This document shows, one piece after another, positions 39,347 to 49,580 of a DNA stretch of 64,000 bases. Every line of letters starts with the position of its first letter. Within the stretch, counting starts at the first letter, position 1. Both the position numbers and the translations under genes were made by a program. The stretch is taken from NCBI GenBank assembly GCA_965218795.1, contig OZ244653.1, forward strand, positions 1,728,001-1,792,000. Direction: 5' to 3'. Under the pieces are notes generated by a model. That model did not search any database. It had not been told where the DNA came from and was given only the letters and a program-made list of their open reading frames with translations. This DNA is from a bacterium. Its GTDB lineage: Bacteria > UBA8248 > JACPRG01 > G963555815.

Positions 39347-40718
39347 ATGCCGCGCAGCGATCTTCCATTCGGTAGCGAGTTCTCGCCCGCGCAAATCGAC
39401 CTTTCGGTCCTTCTGGAACTGGCGCACAAGCACGGGCCTGACTGGAAAGCCTTTGAGGACGCTGTTCGTGACCGATACTTCGCCGGGCATAAGGCCTCCG
39501 ACTACAACAAAGGCAAGCTTGCCAACAACACCAAGCTTTCGCTACGCGCCTATGGCCTCATTGGGGCGAAGGACACCACGCTTAGCGAGATTGGCAAGAC
39601 GCTTTACGCCCTTCGGAATGACGATGATGCCCTAAACGAAACTTTCGCTCGGCACATCCTGAAGAACCGCCACGGCATGAACTTCGTGCAGTGCATCCTG
39701 GACATGCACGCCGCCGGAGAAGAGATCGACCTCAACCAGCTGCGCCGCTGGCTTCAGGAACGCGGCATCGCCGTCCCGCGCGGCGGAAAACATATGAGCA
39801 CGTTGCGTCTGTGGCTCGAACGGGCTGGTGTGTTCGTTTCCGGCTACCAGGTGGATCTGGCACGCCTCAACGAAATCCTTGGGCTCAATGTGGAGGAATT
39901 CGAGGCGCTTGCCACTTTTACGCCGGAGCAACGTGCATATCTCAAGGCCCTCGCCAATATGGACGGTGGCGGCCCGCATTTCTCGAACGACATCGAGAAG
40001 ATCGCCGTCGCCACCTACGGTGTCGCTTTCAACGAGAAGAACCTGCCCAAGCAGGTTCTCTATCCACTTCGAGATGCCGCATACATCGATCTTGAGCGCG
40101 GCACCAAGGAAGCCGGACGTGGCGCAAAACCGTTTCTGGTCACCGCTACCGACAAACTGGCGACCGAGATTATTACGCCACTGATTGAGCAGCTTGAGCA
40201 GCAAACCCAAGCCGACCTGCGACCTTTGCTACGGAAGCCCCTCTAAGGAAATCCGCAAGGAACTGAAATCCAAGGACCGCCATATCCGGGGCCTCGCGCT
40301 TGAAGCACTTGCCTTCAAGCTCATGCGCCTTATCGATTTGGCTTATGTCGCGACGCGGCTGCGGGGCAGTGTGACCGGCGGTGCCGAGGTCGATTTGATT
40401 TTCGAGAGCGCACGGCTGGTGTTCTCCCGCTGGCAGGTTCAGTGCAAGAACACGGCCCGTGTATCGCTCGACGACGTGGCGAAAGAAGTCGGGCTCACAC
40501 ATTTTCTCAAGAGCAACGCCATTGTCATGGTCTCGACCGGCGAGATCGGGGGCGAAGCGCGACGCTATGCCAACAAGATCATGACCGACTCCAACCTCTG
40601 CATCGTGATGGTTGACAGCAACGACCTCACCCTTATCGAGGCGCGGCCGGCGGCTATTGTCGATGTGTTTGTTCGAGAGGCCCGTCACGCCATGGACCTC
40701 AAAAGACTCGAATTGTAG
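39347..40718 (+). pseudogene. Restriction endonuclease with a C-terminal Mrr-like PD-(D/E)xK domain, frameshifted near 40244
   Basis: ORF 39347-40246 continues in another frame as KEIRKEL...RGLALE...EVDLI...WQVQCKN. Confidence 0.75.
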
Positions 40719-40728
40719 GAAGCCAACC

Positions 40729-41820
40729 GTGACAAAGAAAACACAACCGAGCGCCGACAGCTTCCATGAAACACCTCTCGGACAGATCATTCACGGCGAT
40801 AGCATCGATGTGCTCGCGACCTACCCGGACGATTCGGTTGACCTGATCATGACGAGCCCGCCCTTCGGATTGGTCCGCAAGAAGGATTACGGCAACGTCG
40901 AGGCGAACGAGTATGTCGATTGGTTCAAGCCGTTTGCCGCCGCATTCCAGCGTATCCTCAAAAACAGCGGCAGCTTGGTCATCGACATCGGCTGCGCGTG
41001 GAACAAGGGCTATCCCACCCGCAGCCTCTACCACTTCAAGCTCTTGATCATGCTGTGTGATGAGTTCGGGTTCCACTTGGCGCAGGACTTTTACTGGTGG
41101 AACCCATCCAAGCTCCCGACGCCTGCCGAGTGGGTTACGGTACGCAGAATTCGCGTCAAGGACGCAATCAACACCGTGTGGTGGTTATCCAAAACACCCT
41201 GGCCGAAGGCAAGCAACCGCCGGGTTCTCCAGCCCTACAGCCCGAGCATGCAGGAACTGTTGGCCAAAGGCTACAAGGCCAAAAGGCGACCCTCCGGCCA
41301 TGACATCAGCGAAAAATTCGGCATCGACAACGGCGCGGCAATCCCGCCCAACCTCATTGCGATTCCCAACACCGAGAGCAACAGCTTCTATCTGCGCTAC
41401 TGCGAGGCAAAGGGCTGCAAGCCGCATCCCGCTCGCTATCCGGCGGAGCTGCCCGAATATTTCATCCGTATGCTGACCGACCCCGGTGATTTCGTGATCG
41501 ATCCCTTTGCCGGCAGCTGTGTCACTGGCGAGGTTTGCGAGCGCACCGGGCGTCGCTGGACCTGCATTGAGCTCTTGCGCGACTATTGTGAGGCGGCCCT
41601 TGGGCGCTTCGTCCGGGAACCGCAGGAGACGGCCAAACCCGTCACCGACCCCGAGAGTCCGTCCAACTACTACCGTCTAGCCCGGCCCGGCATCCTATGG
41701 AATGGAGATAACGACGAGCCCCTGCCAGACGACGGCGGCAAGAAACGGCAACTCAGGCAGAAGGGCGATCAAGCCACAAAATTAACGAATGACACAGACA
41801 GCTTGAGCCTGTTCCCGTGA
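40729..41820 (+). CDS. Beta-class N4-cytosine DNA methyltransferase, M.PvuII-like
   Basis: TSPPF, NPSKLPTPAEWV, RPSGHDI, IPPNL, HPARYP and DPFAGS, closely resembling my recollection of M.PvuII. Confidence 0.9.
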   Translation: MTKKTQPSADSFHETPLGQIIHGDSIDVLATYPDDSVDLIMTSPPFGLVRKKDYGNVEANEYVDWFKPFAAAFQRILKNSGSLVIDIGCAWNKGYPTRSLYHFKLLIMLCDEFGFHLAQDFYWWNPSKLPTPAEWVTVRRIRVKDAINTVWWLSKTPWPKASNRRVLQPYSPSMQELLAKGYKAKRRPSGHDISEKFGIDNGAAIPPNLIAIPNTESNSFYLRYCEAKGCKPHPARYPAELPEYFIRMLTDPGDFVIDPFAGSCVTGEVCERTGRRWTCIELLRDYCEAALGRFVREPQETAKPVTDPESPSNYYRLARPGILWNGDNDEPLPDDGGKKRQLRQKGDQATKLTNDTDSLSLFP

Positions 41821-41862
41821 CGCGCGTCCGGCGGCGCAATCGCAGGCAGGGGCAACGATCGG

Positions 41863-42060
41863 GTGAAGGTCAAGCCCCTGCTTGCAAGGGGCGGAACCTG
41901 GAGGGATTTTCTTCCGGGTGAGGTATCCGAAGAAGAGATCGACAGGATACGACGTCATGAGAGGACAGGCAGTCCCCCTCTCCCCCTGGGAGAGGATTGG
42001 GGAAGGCTTGAAGAGGCATGGGGCCGTCTCCTGCAAAGGCTGAAATCAGGACGGGGTCCA
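41863..42060 (+). pseudogene. C-terminal fragment of a REP-associated (IS200-like Y1) tyrosine transposase
   Basis: VKVKPLL...WRDFL...SEEEIDRIRRHERTG..PLG...LEEAWGR pattern. Confidence 0.6.
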
Positions 42061-42137
42061 CGAGATCGCCTGTGTCCCTTGGAATCGCCCATGATGCCCT
42101 TCCGATGCTCGTGTCTTCATTGGCCATCCGACGTGGG

Positions 42138-42815
42138 TTATACATCGCCCAGCTCACCATAGCGCGGTGCTGAGGAAGGATTGATAGCTCGACTGACATA
42201 GTCGTTCAATTGCGGAGAATAGATCCCCCATAGTTTCTCGAGTTCATCGACCGGCTCTCCCGCCTCATGCCAGTCTATACGCAGGTCGGCTATCGGCCAT
42301 GACATCTTATCGACAAGCAGCATGCCGGCCGAGTACACCGGGCCAGCTTCCCCACCTGCGCTTACCGCAGCCTTCATCGCGGCTAAAAGCCGGTCTCCGA
42401 GATGTCCCACGCTTCCTGAAAATGCATGGACCATCGCGTCAGGAACGTGCGTTCCGGACAAGAGGTTCCCTGCGCACGCGGCATTTTGTGCGGTTTTTGC
42501 GGCGTGGACGCCCAGGGTTTGTTCACCTGAATAAGTTGCAGTTCGGCCCATGTTATCAACCGCGATCAACTGTCGATAGGAAACGTGCTCAGCGGATTCT
42601 ACGATCGTCCGGATGGCCGATTCCGCCGAATGGCCGGATTCCATGAGATCAAGGCAGCGGGTTCCCAGTGACGGGTCTGTCATGTTCTGGCTTGCGGCGG
42701 CTCCCACGTCTGCACGGGCAAACGCGCAACGTGCAGCAACGGCTGGAGAAGAGGAAGAAACCGCTATGCCAAACATGCCGGTTTCTTCGCAGCGCGCTGC
42801 AATGGAAAAAGTCAC
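42138..42815 (-). CDS. DUF1028 family Ntn-hydrolase-like protein
   Basis: (M)TFSIAAR...GIAVSSSS, AGNLL, AGGE and DLRID. Confidence 0.88.
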   Translation of the reverse strand: MTFSIAARCEETGMFGIAVSSSSPAVAARCAFARADVGAAASQNMTDPSLGTRCLDLMESGHSAESAIRTIVESAEHVSYRQLIAVDNMGRTATYSGEQTLGVHAAKTAQNAACAGNLLSGTHVPDAMVHAFSGSVGHLGDRLLAAMKAAVSAGGEAGPVYSAGMLLVDKMSWPIADLRIDWHEAGEPVDELEKLWGIYSPQLNDYVSRAINPSSAPRYGELGDV

Positions 42816-43237
42816 GTGCCGGAATCCTGCGGCAACACGGCCGTCGCATCGATTTCAACAAGCCACTCCGGTCGCGCCAATGCACTGACAACCAAACCGG
42901 TTGAAACAGGGTGAATGCCTCTGATGTAATGACCCATGGTCCGATATACCGCTTCGCGATGGCGCACGTCTGTGATGTAGACCACCACTTTGACCAAGTG
43001 CTCCATTGTGCCACCGCACTCTTCGATGAGTTGTTTGATGTTTTGCATCACTTTGTGGGTTTGTGCGGTCGGATCATGACTGTCGATGTTTTTCGCGTCG
43101 TCCAGGTTTTGCGCACATTGACCTCTTAAAAAGACGGTTGTACCGGTGGCTACGACCGCCTGACATAGATCATCGTCCAGGTTTTGCTCGGGGTACGTTT
43201 CCTTGGTATTGAACTTGCGAATGCGTTTGTGCGCCAT
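42812..43237 (-). CDS. RidA/YjgF family protein
   Basis: RIRKFNTKETYPEQ, PVSTGLVVSALARPEWLVEIDA. Confidence 0.9.
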   Translation of the reverse strand: MAHKRIRKFNTKETYPEQNLDDDLCQAVVATGTTVFLRGQCAQNLDDAKNIDSHDPTAQTHKVMQNIKQLIEECGGTMEHLVKVVVYITDVRHREAVYRTMGHYIRGIHPVSTGLVVSALARPEWLVEIDATAVLPQDSGT

Positions 43238-43417
43238 TTTCTTGTTCCGGTGTTTAAGAATCGGGATCGAAAAAAGTCAGGTAAAACGATACGAACTGTT
43301 TGGCTATGGGCGACAGATCTACACCCTTTCTAAAAGCCAAAACGACATTGTTTGGAGAAGCAGACGTGCCCAACTGTCAGGTGAATACCGTCTCGGTACA
43401 GTTCTAGGGACACGGCG

Positions 43418-44512
43418 TCAGCGCTCAATCAGGGTCAACTGCGAGCCGAAATTCACCCCTGCGGTTTGGCAGGCAATTTCGACCTTTTTTCGCACCCGCC
43501 TTGAGGAGATGTTGGTTTTCAGCCACCAGCCGTTCTCCAAGTCCGTGGAACGATCTGTCACCAAGCCGAACCTATCGCAGAGATCATTACGGTTTCGCGC
43601 CACCAGCCGCTGTTTCCGACCCGCCGTTTGATCGGCGAAGCGCTCCATGAATCCGGGGTCGCGGCGATCAAACGCTTTCAACACTTCGACCAGGGTTCGG
43701 ATAGCAGCCCCGGTTTCCACAGCCCCATTGTCAAGGATAAAGCCGACAATTCTAGACCTATTGCTGGGTTCTGGCGGCCTCGTCCCCCCCGGGGAGGGGG
43801 GGCGAGGGGTCGTTGGCGCATCGTCGGGCGTCCGCGGGGGCGGGGCGTCGGAAAGCAGCCCCTTCAAAAACTCCTCCACGTCGTCGAGTTCCGGCTTGGT
43901 CCCGCACTGGCTCTCCACCTCTTCCGCAAGCAGGTCGCGAAGCATCTCTTCCGGGGTCTCCAGCAGGGTCCGCCAAGCGCGCGGGATGGCCTTGCGCGCT
44001 TTCTCGCTCTCCCGGTTGCTCTCGTGCCGCTTCTCCGCCGTGCGCCGGGCTTGCCCGGAAACGACGGGGCTCTTCCGAAGGTACGTCTCCAGAAATTCGA
44101 CGTATTCGGGAGTCCTTTCCGCGCGCGTCAATTCCGCTCGATAGAACCGCCGCTCTGAGGGGGCGCCGGCCGCCATGCTGAGATAAAAATCCCAGACGTT
44201 GCCATCCGTCAGAATGAGGAACGGAACACCTTTGTTGACGGCATATCCAAACAACTGTTCCTCGCCCTGTCCGTCCGCGGCGCCGAGCTTTTTGGCTTCG
44301 ATGAAAACCAGGGGGGCGCCGCCGTCACGCAGCAGCGCATAGTCCACCCGGCCGCTGTCAACTGGAAACTCCGGAACGAACTCCGCGGGATTGGCGTCGT
44401 CCCAGTCCAGCGCGCGCAGAATCGGCAAGATGACCGCCTGCTTGACTTGCGCCTCATTGTCCAGCCGGTCGGAGAGGATGTGCTCGACCGCCTTTTTCAA
44501 CACCTCTTTCAT
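43418..44512 (-). CDS. HsdR_N-type PD-(D/E)xK nuclease with a Pro-rich linker and a SeqA-C-like terminal domain
   Basis: NEAQVKQAVILPIL, RVDYAL, IEAK and LTDG; C-terminal GRKQRLVA...WWLKTN. Confidence 0.75.
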   Translation of the reverse strand: MKEVLKKAVEHILSDRLDNEAQVKQAVILPILRALDWDDANPAEFVPEFPVDSGRVDYALLRDGGAPLVFIEAKKLGAADGQGEEQLFGYAVNKGVPFLILTDGNVWDFYLSMAAGAPSERRFYRAELTRAERTPEYVEFLETYLRKSPVVSGQARRTAEKRHESNRESEKARKAIPRAWRTLLETPEEMLRDLLAEEVESQCGTKPELDDVEEFLKGLLSDAPPPRTPDDAPTTPRPPSPGGTRPPEPSNRSRIVGFILDNGAVETGAAIRTLVEVLKAFDRRDPGFMERFADQTAGRKQRLVARNRNDLCDRFGLVTDRSTDLENGWWLKTNISSRRVRKKVEIACQTAGVNFGSQLTLIER

Positions 44513-44518
44513 ACCATT

Positions 44519-44735
44519 TGACCTTTCCCCTGGTTTAGGGCCAAGTGGGTTGAGAGTTTTCGGTTGTGATCATAGAGCGAAAAGGCAGCTGAGCGGAGTC
44601 CTTGCGTAGCTTGCGCGAAGCTGCCCGTGTTGCCAGGTAGGCGGCCGGTGCTTTGCACCCCAACGCCGAGTGCGGCCTAGCGGTGTTGTACTGGACGCGC
44701 CAAGCTTCGATAACGGCCCGGGCATGGGCCAGAGG
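44519..44735 (-). mobile_element. IS3-family (IS407-group-like) right-end remnant
   Basis: LAHARAVIEAWRVQYNTARPHSALG integrase tail; terminal TGACCTTTCCCC at 44519. Confidence 0.7.
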
Positions 44736-44873
44736 GGTTTCCCCCTGGGATTTCTCCGGCTCGAAAAACTGGAGTAGTTCCAGGACGTTCTCTCCGAATT
44801 TGAGGTGAAGAAGGCGGAAGCGCACGCCCTTCTTCGCCATGATCTTCTCGACTCCCTCCCCCTTGAACTCCAT
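44736..44873 (-). pseudogene. VOC/glyoxalase-like fragment
   Basis: LHLKFGENVLELLQF pattern. Confidence 0.4.
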
Positions 44874-44959
44874 GTCCGTAGTTCAAGTGTAGATGGGTAT
44901 GCTGGTCAATGATCGGAGGAAGTAGATATCCCCTCGCGGGCGCGGTGAGTCCGGTCGAT

Positions 44960-46981
44960 TCAGGCGTCGGCGACGACGCGGACCTTTGTTTCGTAGTAGC
45001 CGGGGCATTCCCCGGCGGTCGAGAGGAGGTCGCCCGTAATGACGTTGATGCCCCGATCTTTCTTCATCCAGCCGCCGGCCCGTGCCACGCAAACGTCCGT
45101 CCGAACGCCGACGTCCAGGGCAAACCTGACGCGATAACCGCCGAAGGCTGAAACAAGCCGGCCGGTGACGTTTTCCCGGATGCCGTAGCGGGCGGCCGTA
45201 TCGGGATGAAGCCAAGCCATGGGCTCGGTCTTGTCCTGCGTGGCTTCCAACGTCTGGGAGGCCTGAGACTTGGGATTCTTGAGCGAAAGCAGGTGGAGCG
45301 GAAATTCGTTCTCCCAATCATCGACCTTCAGGACCGATCCCGAATCATTGCCGCCATGGGTCTGCGCGCCGTCATCCTGCGTCCAGGTCACCGGGGTCCG
45401 AATCGGTTCCCAATCTTCCAGGAATTCGAATTTGCCCGACGAGGTGGAAAAGTCCCCATCGGCAAAGGCGACGTCCCGCGCATTGGGTTTCTTGAAGACC
45501 CTGCCCATCGCCTCCCTGGGGTCGAGGCCATGGTCAGCCATGGGACTCAAAACGCCTTCCAGCAGATCTTCCACGGGTTTCCCCAGGTACGGGTCATCGA
45601 TCCCCATTCGCCGGGCCAGCTCACCCACGATCTCCCAATCCGTCTTGACGTCATCGAGGGGCTTCACGACAGGGATGACCGGCCCGACATAAGGATTCCA
45701 GCTTGCGGGGCGGACGTCCCGCTCCTCCAGGAACATGGCGCAGGGCAGGAACAGGTCCGCACACTCCGCCGTGTCCGTCATAAAGGGATCGACAACCGTC
45801 ACGAAATCGATGGACCGGAGGGCTTCCGCCACCTTTTTCGAGTTCGGGCACTGCGTGGCGGGATTCCCGCCGTTGATGTACGCCGCACGCAACGGCGGAT
45901 CCTTCATGTTGAAAATGGCCTCTCCGAGAATGCCCTTGGGCGCCGTGCGCCTGGAAGTAACGAACTCATCTCCCTTCAGCGTCTGATCGAACGCCGCCCA
46001 GAAATCGGAGGAGTACTGTAAACCCCCTCCCGGTACACCGATGTTCCCGGAGACCGCAACGGCGGACAGGATGAGCCGAGTGATTTCCGTTCCCTGTCGA
46101 TAGTGCTGCGGCCCCTTCCCCATCAGGACGCAGGTGGGGTGTTTTTTCTCGAAGAGGACGGCTATCTCTTTCAATTGCGCCTCGGGCAGACCCGCGCCGG
46201 CCGCCAGCTCCGACCAGCTGAACCGCGCCGCCATCCGCTCGATGGCTTCCGGGTTGTCGCAACGTGTCTCCATGAAGTCCCTGTCAGCCTTGCCCGTCTC
46301 CAACAGGTGCTTGCAGACCCCAATGGCCAGGAAGCCGTCGCCGCCGGGCCTGGGGGCGTAGTGGCGGTCGCAGAATTTTGCCGATTCGTTCCGGACGGGA
46401 TCTATCAAAATGATCTCGATCCCCCGCTCCCTGGCGCGGCGGAGGAGCGGCACCAGATGGACGGAATACGCAGCGGGATTCCGCCCCCAAAGGACGATCA
46501 TCCGACTGTTATACATGTCGGTCGGCTCATGGCCCGAAATCCGGCCCAAACTCTGGAGCATTCCGGCGATCCCGGCGGACAGACACAGACTTCCGGAAGC
46601 GACCGTCGGTCCCCCCAGCCGGTTGAATAACCGGATGTTGTATTGCTTGGAGATACCGAACGAGCCGACGTCCATGTAATACAGGATGGACTCGGACCCG
46701 TATTCATCCGCGGTCTTTCGGAAACGTTCCGCCGCCCAATCCAGGGCATCGTCCCACCCGATATCCTCCCAGCCGGATTGGGTCTTGCGGCGGGGTTGAG
46801 TCACCCGCTCGGGACCATAGAGGCGGTCCAGGAAGCGGTTGAGCCGGATACAAAGGAAGCCCTCGGTATACGGATGATCTTTCGCTCCGCGAAGCCGTAC
46901 GATCCGACCGTCTTCGACGTCCGCATCGATTCCGCAAGCATCCTGACAATCCAGGGCACACGTCGTCCGGATCGTTTTCAT
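44960..46981 (-). CDS. Molybdopterin oxidoreductase (DMSO reductase family) with an N-terminal Fe-S motif
   Basis: CALDCQDAC, GFLC, WGRNP, TDTAECADLFLP and HPDTA. Confidence 0.92.
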   Translation of the reverse strand: MKTIRTTCALDCQDACGIDADVEDGRIVRLRGAKDHPYTEGFLCIRLNRFLDRLYGPERVTQPRRKTQSGWEDIGWDDALDWAAERFRKTADEYGSESILYYMDVGSFGISKQYNIRLFNRLGGPTVASGSLCLSAGIAGMLQSLGRISGHEPTDMYNSRMIVLWGRNPAAYSVHLVPLLRRARERGIEIILIDPVRNESAKFCDRHYAPRPGGDGFLAIGVCKHLLETGKADRDFMETRCDNPEAIERMAARFSWSELAAGAGLPEAQLKEIAVLFEKKHPTCVLMGKGPQHYRQGTEITRLILSAVAVSGNIGVPGGGLQYSSDFWAAFDQTLKGDEFVTSRRTAPKGILGEAIFNMKDPPLRAAYINGGNPATQCPNSKKVAEALRSIDFVTVVDPFMTDTAECADLFLPCAMFLEERDVRPASWNPYVGPVIPVVKPLDDVKTDWEIVGELARRMGIDDPYLGKPVEDLLEGVLSPMADHGLDPREAMGRVFKKPNARDVAFADGDFSTSSGKFEFLEDWEPIRTPVTWTQDDGAQTHGGNDSGSVLKVDDWENEFPLHLLSLKNPKSQASQTLEATQDKTEPMAWLHPDTAARYGIRENVTGRLVSAFGGYRVRFALDVGVRTDVCVARAGGWMKKDRGINVITGDLLSTAGECPGYYETKVRVVADA

Positions 46982-47200
46982 GAAGCCCTCCGCTTGTCGC
47001 TCACCGCAATCAGGGATCCAGTCTGTCCCTCCCGAAGAAATCGGAAAACTCATTATAGTGCAAATTGCCAAACATCCAGAACCGTTCAATGGCTGACCGC
47101 TTGATTCCTTGCCGGGTAGTGGCAGTGGACACCGCCGAGTGCTACGCTTTCCGATGAACCGACCGGACCGTCCCGTTCAACAACGAAAGGAGTTCGATCG

Positions 47201-47971
47201 ATGGACCTGGGACTCAAAGACCGCGTTGCGTTCATCACCGGCGCCAGCCGGGGGCTGGGCAAGGCGTCCGCATTGGCCCTGGCGTCGGAGGGATGCCGCA
47301 TCGCGACCATCGCCCGCGGGATGGAAGGGCTCCAAGCGGCCAAGGCCGAGATCGAGAGTCTGGGGGTGGAGGTGTTTACCGTTCCGGGTGACGCGGGCAA
47401 GACCGAGGACGGCGAGCGCTTCTTCGCCGAGTCCATCGCCCATTTTCAGCAGGTGGACATCCTGATCAACAACATCGGGGGCTCGATCCCGGGTGGGGAC
47501 ATCGACCTGGATGACGCCACCTGGAGGCTGGCTTTCGAGAACAACTTTTTCTCCGCCGTCACTTTGATCCGGCTCGTCCTGCCGGAGATGCAAGAGCAGG
47601 CATGGGGACGGATTATCAATATTTCGTCCATCTTCGGCCGGGAGTGGGGAGGCAACTCGACGTACATGGCCTCCAAGGCGGCGATGATCGGCTTGACCAA
47701 GAACCTCGCCCGCTCTGTCCAGGATGACGCGATCACGATTAACTCGGTCGCCCCCGGCTCCATCATGTTCGAGGGAGGCTCCTGGTGGAGGAGGCGGCAA
47801 GAAGACCCGGAGACGATCGACGCCTTCACCCGGGCCGAGATGCCCTACGGACGAATGGGCAGACCGGAGGAGATCGGAAGTGTCGTGGCCTTTCTGGCCT
47901 CAGAACAGGCCGGGTTGATCAACGGGGCGTGCCTCAACGTCGACGGCGGCCAATCGCGCTCACTGATATAG
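47201..47971 (+). CDS. SDR family oxidoreductase
   Basis: TGASRGLG, NNIG, YMASK and VDGG. Confidence 0.93.
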   Translation: MDLGLKDRVAFITGASRGLGKASALALASEGCRIATIARGMEGLQAAKAEIESLGVEVFTVPGDAGKTEDGERFFAESIAHFQQVDILINNIGGSIPGGDIDLDDATWRLAFENNFFSAVTLIRLVLPEMQEQAWGRIINISSIFGREWGGNSTYMASKAAMIGLTKNLARSVQDDAITINSVAPGSIMFEGGSWWRRRQEDPETIDAFTRAEMPYGRMGRPEEIGSVVAFLASEQAGLINGACLNVDGGQSRSLI

Positions 47972-48105
47972 ACGTGGAAAATCCTTCTGATTTCCCGGGG
48001 GCCTTCCTGGGCGCTTGCGCGCCGGCCGTTTCGCGAAGGGCCGATCGGCGAGCCATTCGCTCCCAACCGGCCCTTTGTTGGAATCACGGAGGCGCCGCGG
48101 TCCAT

Positions 48106-48492
48106 CTAATCCAGCATCGCGATGGCCTCAATCTCCAACAGCCAGTCCGGATGGACCAAACGCGGGATCTGGACATAGGTGCTCGGAACGGCCTCGCTGA
48201 AATAGTCGCTCCGCACCTTGGAGACCGGCGTGATGTGGCTGTCGATGTCCGTGGAGTAAATGTTGATCTTGACGACATTCTCGAAGGTTGCGCCGGCGGA
48301 GGAGAGACACTTCTTGATGTTTTCAAACACCTGTCTGGCTTGGGCCTCGATGTCCCCCTTCCCCACCAGGTTCCCATCCGCGTCCACCGGCGTCTGGCCG
48401 GCCACATAGATGGTATTGCCATGTCTTGAGACCTGCGCGAACCTCGGACGGGGGTCCCACAGGTCTTCCGGCTGGATGATTTCCCTGGGCAT
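48106..48492 (-). CDS. RidA family protein
   Basis: IYVAGQ, QARQVFEN, PSTYV and LLEIEA. Confidence 0.9.
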   Translation of the reverse strand: MPREIIQPEDLWDPRPRFAQVSRHGNTIYVAGQTPVDADGNLVGKGDIEAQARQVFENIKKCLSSAGATFENVVKINIYSTDIDSHITPVSKVRSDYFSEAVPSTYVQIPRLVHPDWLLEIEAIAMLD

Positions 48493-48536
48493 GGTTACGC
48501 TCCTTTTCCTTCGGTTTGACTCCCGAACGGCTATGG

Positions 48537-49511
48537 CTACTCCTTCACCTCGTCCTTCTTCTCTCGGTCCTTGTGATGCGCCAGACCCGTCTTGCCAAAA
48601 CAGCGCTCCAAAAACGGCAACGCCTCACTCCAGGTCATGGCGCCTGATATGAAGTGACCCGTTGGGACTTCACGGGAGGTGACCTCCCGCTCCTTCCCCA
48701 TCTCTTTCCGGAGGCGTTTCACGAATTCCCGCATTTGAGAGATCGGGACGACCTGATCCGCTGTCCCGTGAATGAAAACGATCGGGCACGTCAATTCATC
48801 AGAAAACAGCAAGGGCGAACGGAGCTTCATGTCCCGCTCGTTCAGACCCGCCTCGCGCTCGATCTTCTTTCTCAGTTCCAACTGTTCCCGTGAGAGCGGA
48901 GGTTCCCGGTCCTCGCCGGGCATCACCTCCGTCAAGTCGTAAACTCCGCTCTGCAGGATCAGGCCGCGAACCCTCGGCACCTTTCGGGCCAACAAAGCGG
49001 CGGCCGTCGCTCCGCGCGAATCGCCGAATATCGCGATCCGCTCCCCGTCGACATAAGGAAGTTTCTGGAAATACTGAATGGCGAAGGCCCACCGCCCTAT
49101 CGTCTCCGGACCGACAAAGTCCGCTTTTCCGGTAGAGGCGCCGAACCCCGGCATCGACGGGGCCATGACCGCATATCCGCGCGAAGCGAGGAACTCGCCG
49201 GTGTTGTCGATGAAATACTCCCGGCCGCCCAACCGCCCGGTGGGATCGGGCTGATCACCATGAATCATGACGACGCCTGGAAAGGGTCCGGCTCCCTTCG
49301 GCTTGAAGAGAAAAACTTCCGTCTCGTCTTCGAGATTTTTCGGGCCGCTCAAGAAAGTCCGCCGAACGGTGACCCCTTCTTCCGCGCTCTGGAACTCAGT
49401 GACAGCGCAGCCCGATGCCAAAAGGCCAAACATGAGCAGCGACGCTCCGCCGAGCGCCCACTTTGCCGGTCGACCTCTCGTAGCCTTCGGAACATGGAAA
49501 GAATTCAACAT
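48537..49511 (-). CDS. Alpha/beta hydrolase lipoprotein (S9 peptidase-like)
   Basis: Lipobox ASGC; GDSRG, HGTAD and GH motifs. Confidence 0.85.
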   Translation of the reverse strand: MLNSFHVPKATRGRPAKWALGGASLLMFGLLASGCAVTEFQSAEEGVTVRRTFLSGPKNLEDETEVFLFKPKGAGPFPGVVMIHGDQPDPTGRLGGREYFIDNTGEFLASRGYAVMAPSMPGFGASTGKADFVGPETIGRWAFAIQYFQKLPYVDGERIAIFGDSRGATAAALLARKVPRVRGLILQSGVYDLTEVMPGEDREPPLSREQLELRKKIEREAGLNERDMKLRSPLLFSDELTCPIVFIHGTADQVVPISQMREFVKRLRKEMGKEREVTSREVPTGHFISGAMTWSEALPFLERCFGKTGLAHHKDREKKDEVKE

Positions 49512-49580
49512 CGGCTGGATCTCGGGCTGGCTCTCGCCGCCTCGAGGATACGAGTCATCAAAGCCCGGCGGCTTATTCTT

